Part shown: positions 45,801-47,510 of the stretch, piece by piece
Layout: each line of letters begins with the position of its first letter
How positions within the stretch are numbered: position 1 is the first letter of the stretch
Assembly: GCF_000281045.1 (NCBI RefSeq)
Contig: NW_008246083.1
Location: 79,411 to 126,920, forward strand
Direction of reading: 5' to 3'
DNA length: 47,510 nt
From: Saprolegnia diclina VS20
Lineage: Eukaryota
Position numbers and translations under genes: made by a program
The notes under the pieces: model-generated
What the model was told of the DNA's origin: nothing
The model's input: only the letters and a program-made list of their open reading frames with translations
Databases searched by the model: none

Positions 45801-47510
45801 TCGCACAACAGCGTCTGTCCATGAGTGCACAAGCTGCGACGCCATATCCAGCCGCAACGCGTCCAGCTGGATCTCGGTGATGGTGAGATGGTTATTTGCT
45901 TGCGTCACAGATGCAGCGTCCGTGGCGGTACCGGCCGCCACCACCAACGTCTCCTTGGACTTGGTGTTGGTCGCTAGCGATGGACTTGGAAGACCAGCTG
46001 CAAGCATCGCGACAGCGTCGAATGTTGCAGCGCGGGCAAATTGACGGGCAACGCTCACGAGATCGTCCACGTCCGCAATACATGGTTTCGTTGGCATCGG
46101 GTCCGCGTCGGCCCGCTCGTCGGCGTTCATCGACGGCGTCTTACACGAGCCTTTACCCGGTTGGGTAGCAGCACTGCATGTCACCAGCGCAGCTTGCACC
46201 CAAGCGTCGACAGCGCGTGTGGCTGCAAGGGCGGTCGGGCACGTGCCAGAGATCTCGGCTTTGGTCTCGGTGAACGGAGTGGACTCGGTCGCGCATGCCT
46301 CGGGCTCGGGCTCGTCGCTGTACTTGGCGACAGACGGCAACGGCGCGCAGAGAACGCGGCACGCGGCATCGATGCAGCTTTGGGCGACCGTCGCCGCCAG
46401 AGATGCCACGTCATCGAGGTATTGCAGCGTCGCGAACGACCCCTTGGGCATACCAGCGCCGCCGGCAACAGCCTTTGCAGCGTCGGACGCCGGCACGTGC
46501 TGTGACGCGACGGTGGCATGAGCAATGGTAGCCACTGTCGTGGTCGCAACCGACAAGGCTGCATCGGTAACCCACGCGTGGACATGCTGTGTGGCGATCG
46601 ACCTCACAGCTTCCGTCGATGCGTCTGTATTCAGATTCAAGACCGTCTTGACGTCCGAGGGGGTCGCCTCCAAATGCGATAGACGCTCAACCTCCTTGTC
46701 GACGGCGGCGTCGACGACAGTTTCTATTCTAGCACTCTTTGGCTCGTAGATTGCCGCATGCAGCCACGAACGCACGAGGTTGCCGGCCAAACGAGACGTT
46801 GCAACGTCGCGAGCGTGGTCCCTTTCGTCGGGCGCGTCCCGCGGTGTCGGTGGCAACGAGAGCAATGGCAAGGCCGGCGCCGCGCGGGCCACTTGCGGTA
46901 CTGAGGCAATTGGCAGCGAAAAACACGCCACAAAGGTAAGTAGTTTGGCGACCGAGTCGTAGATCGGCGCGTCCCACGACGTCCAGACCACCGACGGCGC
47001 TCTCATTGGCTCGGTGGCGTCTGTGGTCGGCGGCACCTCGACGGTCGTTCCCAGCGTTGGGCCCATCTCTGGCTCCACCGCAGCGTCCATGGCCAACTCA
47101 TCGATCGCAGTTTGGGCCGTCGCTTTGCTGCTGCCGGCGTCGGGTTGCAACGGAGATGCTTGGTTGAAAGCCGCTTGAACGCCGAAGTAGACGGCTTCCT
47201 CGACCATGGCGACGGCCACTGTCCGCACCGCCGAGCCGCGTGCATCTCCGCAAGCTAGTGCAGAAGCTGGCGGTGTCGCCGCGACCCCGGTTGTCGGCGG
47301 ATATGTGAGAAAGGTGAAGAGTCGTGCAACGCTGTCGTAGACGCTGCGATCGGTTGGCGTCAGTGAAGCCCACACCTCAGACGGTGCAAGTACAGGTGCC
47401 GAGGACAAGGTCTCAGCGATGGGCACGACGTTGTTGCCACTGAGGAGTTGCCACAATGCGCTCTCACCGCCCTCGAAGAGCCAAGACCGCACAAGCGGTC
47501 CTGCCAAACG
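42840..47510 (-). CDS. Very large acidic Ala/Asp/Ser-rich protein (>1555 aa, 5' end outside the window) with about 16-20 repeated amphipathic helices
   Basis: Uninterrupted ORF reaching the window edge. Recurring motif [LVM]AG.LVR.WL[YF]E separated by low-complexity linkers. Ser-rich tail. Confidence 0.85.
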   Translation of the reverse strand, partial: RLAGPLVRSWLFEGGESALWQLLSGNNVVPIAETLSSAPVLAPSEVWASLTPTDRSVYDSVARLFTFLTYPPTTGVAATPPASALACGDARGSAVRTVAVAMVEEAVYFGVQAAFNQASPLQPDAGSSKATAQTAIDELAMDAAVEPEMGPTLGTTVEVPPTTDATEPMRAPSVVWTSWDAPIYDSVAKLLTFVACFSLPIASVPQVARAAPALPLLSLPPTPRDAPDERDHARDVATSRLAGNLVRSWLHAAIYEPKSARIETVVDAAVDKEVERLSHLEATPSDVKTVLNLNTDASTEAVRSIATQHVHAWVTDAALSVATTTVATIAHATVASQHVPASDAAKAVAGGAGMPKGSFATLQYLDDVASLAATVAQSCIDAACRVLCAPLPSVAKYSDEPEPEACATESTPFTETKAEISGTCPTALAATRAVDAWVQAALVTCSAATQPGKGSCKTPSMNADERADADPMPTKPCIADVDDLVSVARQFARAATFDAVAMLAAGLPSPSLATNTKSKETLVVAAGTATDAASVTQANNHLTITEIQLDALRLDMASQLVHSWTDAVVRAMTTQRDSALTSIVGIETASEQPPVVSVVDPPGLDACPSLPPMDEDDSMRSQVAVSILAGHLVRAWLSEMMEEVAWFTCRSHEHDATTAATLEDVPSSSLNNVASSPQPEETVDAPTPLSALATIDASEVDALDMAAHDEEVAVAFVASRLVRVWLYETCDVIAERTLASTAAYLAPLEVCDDDAPVAVLQSSEDKPPEGGLVNVAVSVLAGQVVRGWLYETMDEVAQQISARRTERLTVATDVIVTPTPSSAAATAKEDCRAADEPLSDDEAQNDDLVNVTVSILAGQLVRVWLFETMDKVVQFSARRHEHAADAAACAVAEAPTPPVVGDDARPTLSVTPVVVDEAETSDDTSVAASILAGVLVSAWVYEAMDNIIVQRSAKLSEPQTKKPQDELSRLSTETEMAAIEVPPSSVKTADMESDDISDACRIVATSVMAGRLVRIWVYDVMDNIVQRATQQLASPHDVVDDAPLASFVAVSMRENPDDNSSEESQDGTVAMSILAGQLVRAWTYTVMDEIVQLTARRHELTAGATSSAIADTVIAETTNIMNETLQRVPSKVEEARAIEPSASEMDEINRAVVASMLSGQLVRGWLYEASVSCVAKQLVLNASATPPSLIDVVDALPVVRTHPTQGLYANVASHFGFAAWQAVLPLTASADNLSGIDDGRDSEAPPSMPLDDALAGAAPVDGVPSMSELQRLPVDVFEPLPASKLPDVVKTTPTAPLWRVDSELSLPIDDAIAASLVAGQLVRVWLHEAVSSVATSACEPSQSTSLIDDASAVSVNENAPLTAKRPDTPESHEASSSSAVDPTLCALLSRHLLSAWLTESMEVTAADAVHAAKVVSATYDQAQGDSPPVVPSVALPASVPVPPAPPATVTTPHTALVKTEQTVATTLVHQWLVDALAKVAVDDATLESSDSEATTSYVSSSDSRSSLSSYSSASTSSYGSSSLSSSKTSSVSDLHASSITSSATSLSQLDPLDDAS

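Overview
Gene-dense, GC-rich eukaryotic DNA with short (about 40-90 nt) GT..AG introns and oomycete-type INR+FPR core promoters. It is most consistent with an oomycete, probably Saprolegniales (inference). About 20 protein genes are supported: a FYVE+SYLF protein, two tandem S8 subtilisins (one cut by a 524-nt N gap), a candidate shelterin TPP1/Est3 orthologue, an IQ-motif protein, zuotin/DNAJC2, an SCI1-like protein, a CENP-B/pogo HTH-only gene, SURF1, a multi-cNMP-binding protein, a CSRNP_N-like protein, PABP, dynactin p62, MCM6, two small ORFs, an ACBP-FYVE-PH fusion, a COPI-associated membrane protein, ENY2/Sus1, IFT56/TTC26, and a >1555-aa protein with repeated AKAP-like helices. Top leads: (1) the TPP1-like protein, which has an OB fold plus motifs resembling the POT1- and TIN2-binding segments, hinting at an animal-style shelterin bridge in a stramenopile; (2) the multivalent AKAP-like helix array; (3) a ~500-nt foldback inverted repeat lying between two copies of the SURF1 3' end, beside the transposase-derived CENP-B gene; (4) the ACBP-FYVE-PH architecture. 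All family calls come from visual motif recognition, with no database searches. Boundaries of multi-exon genes are approximate.
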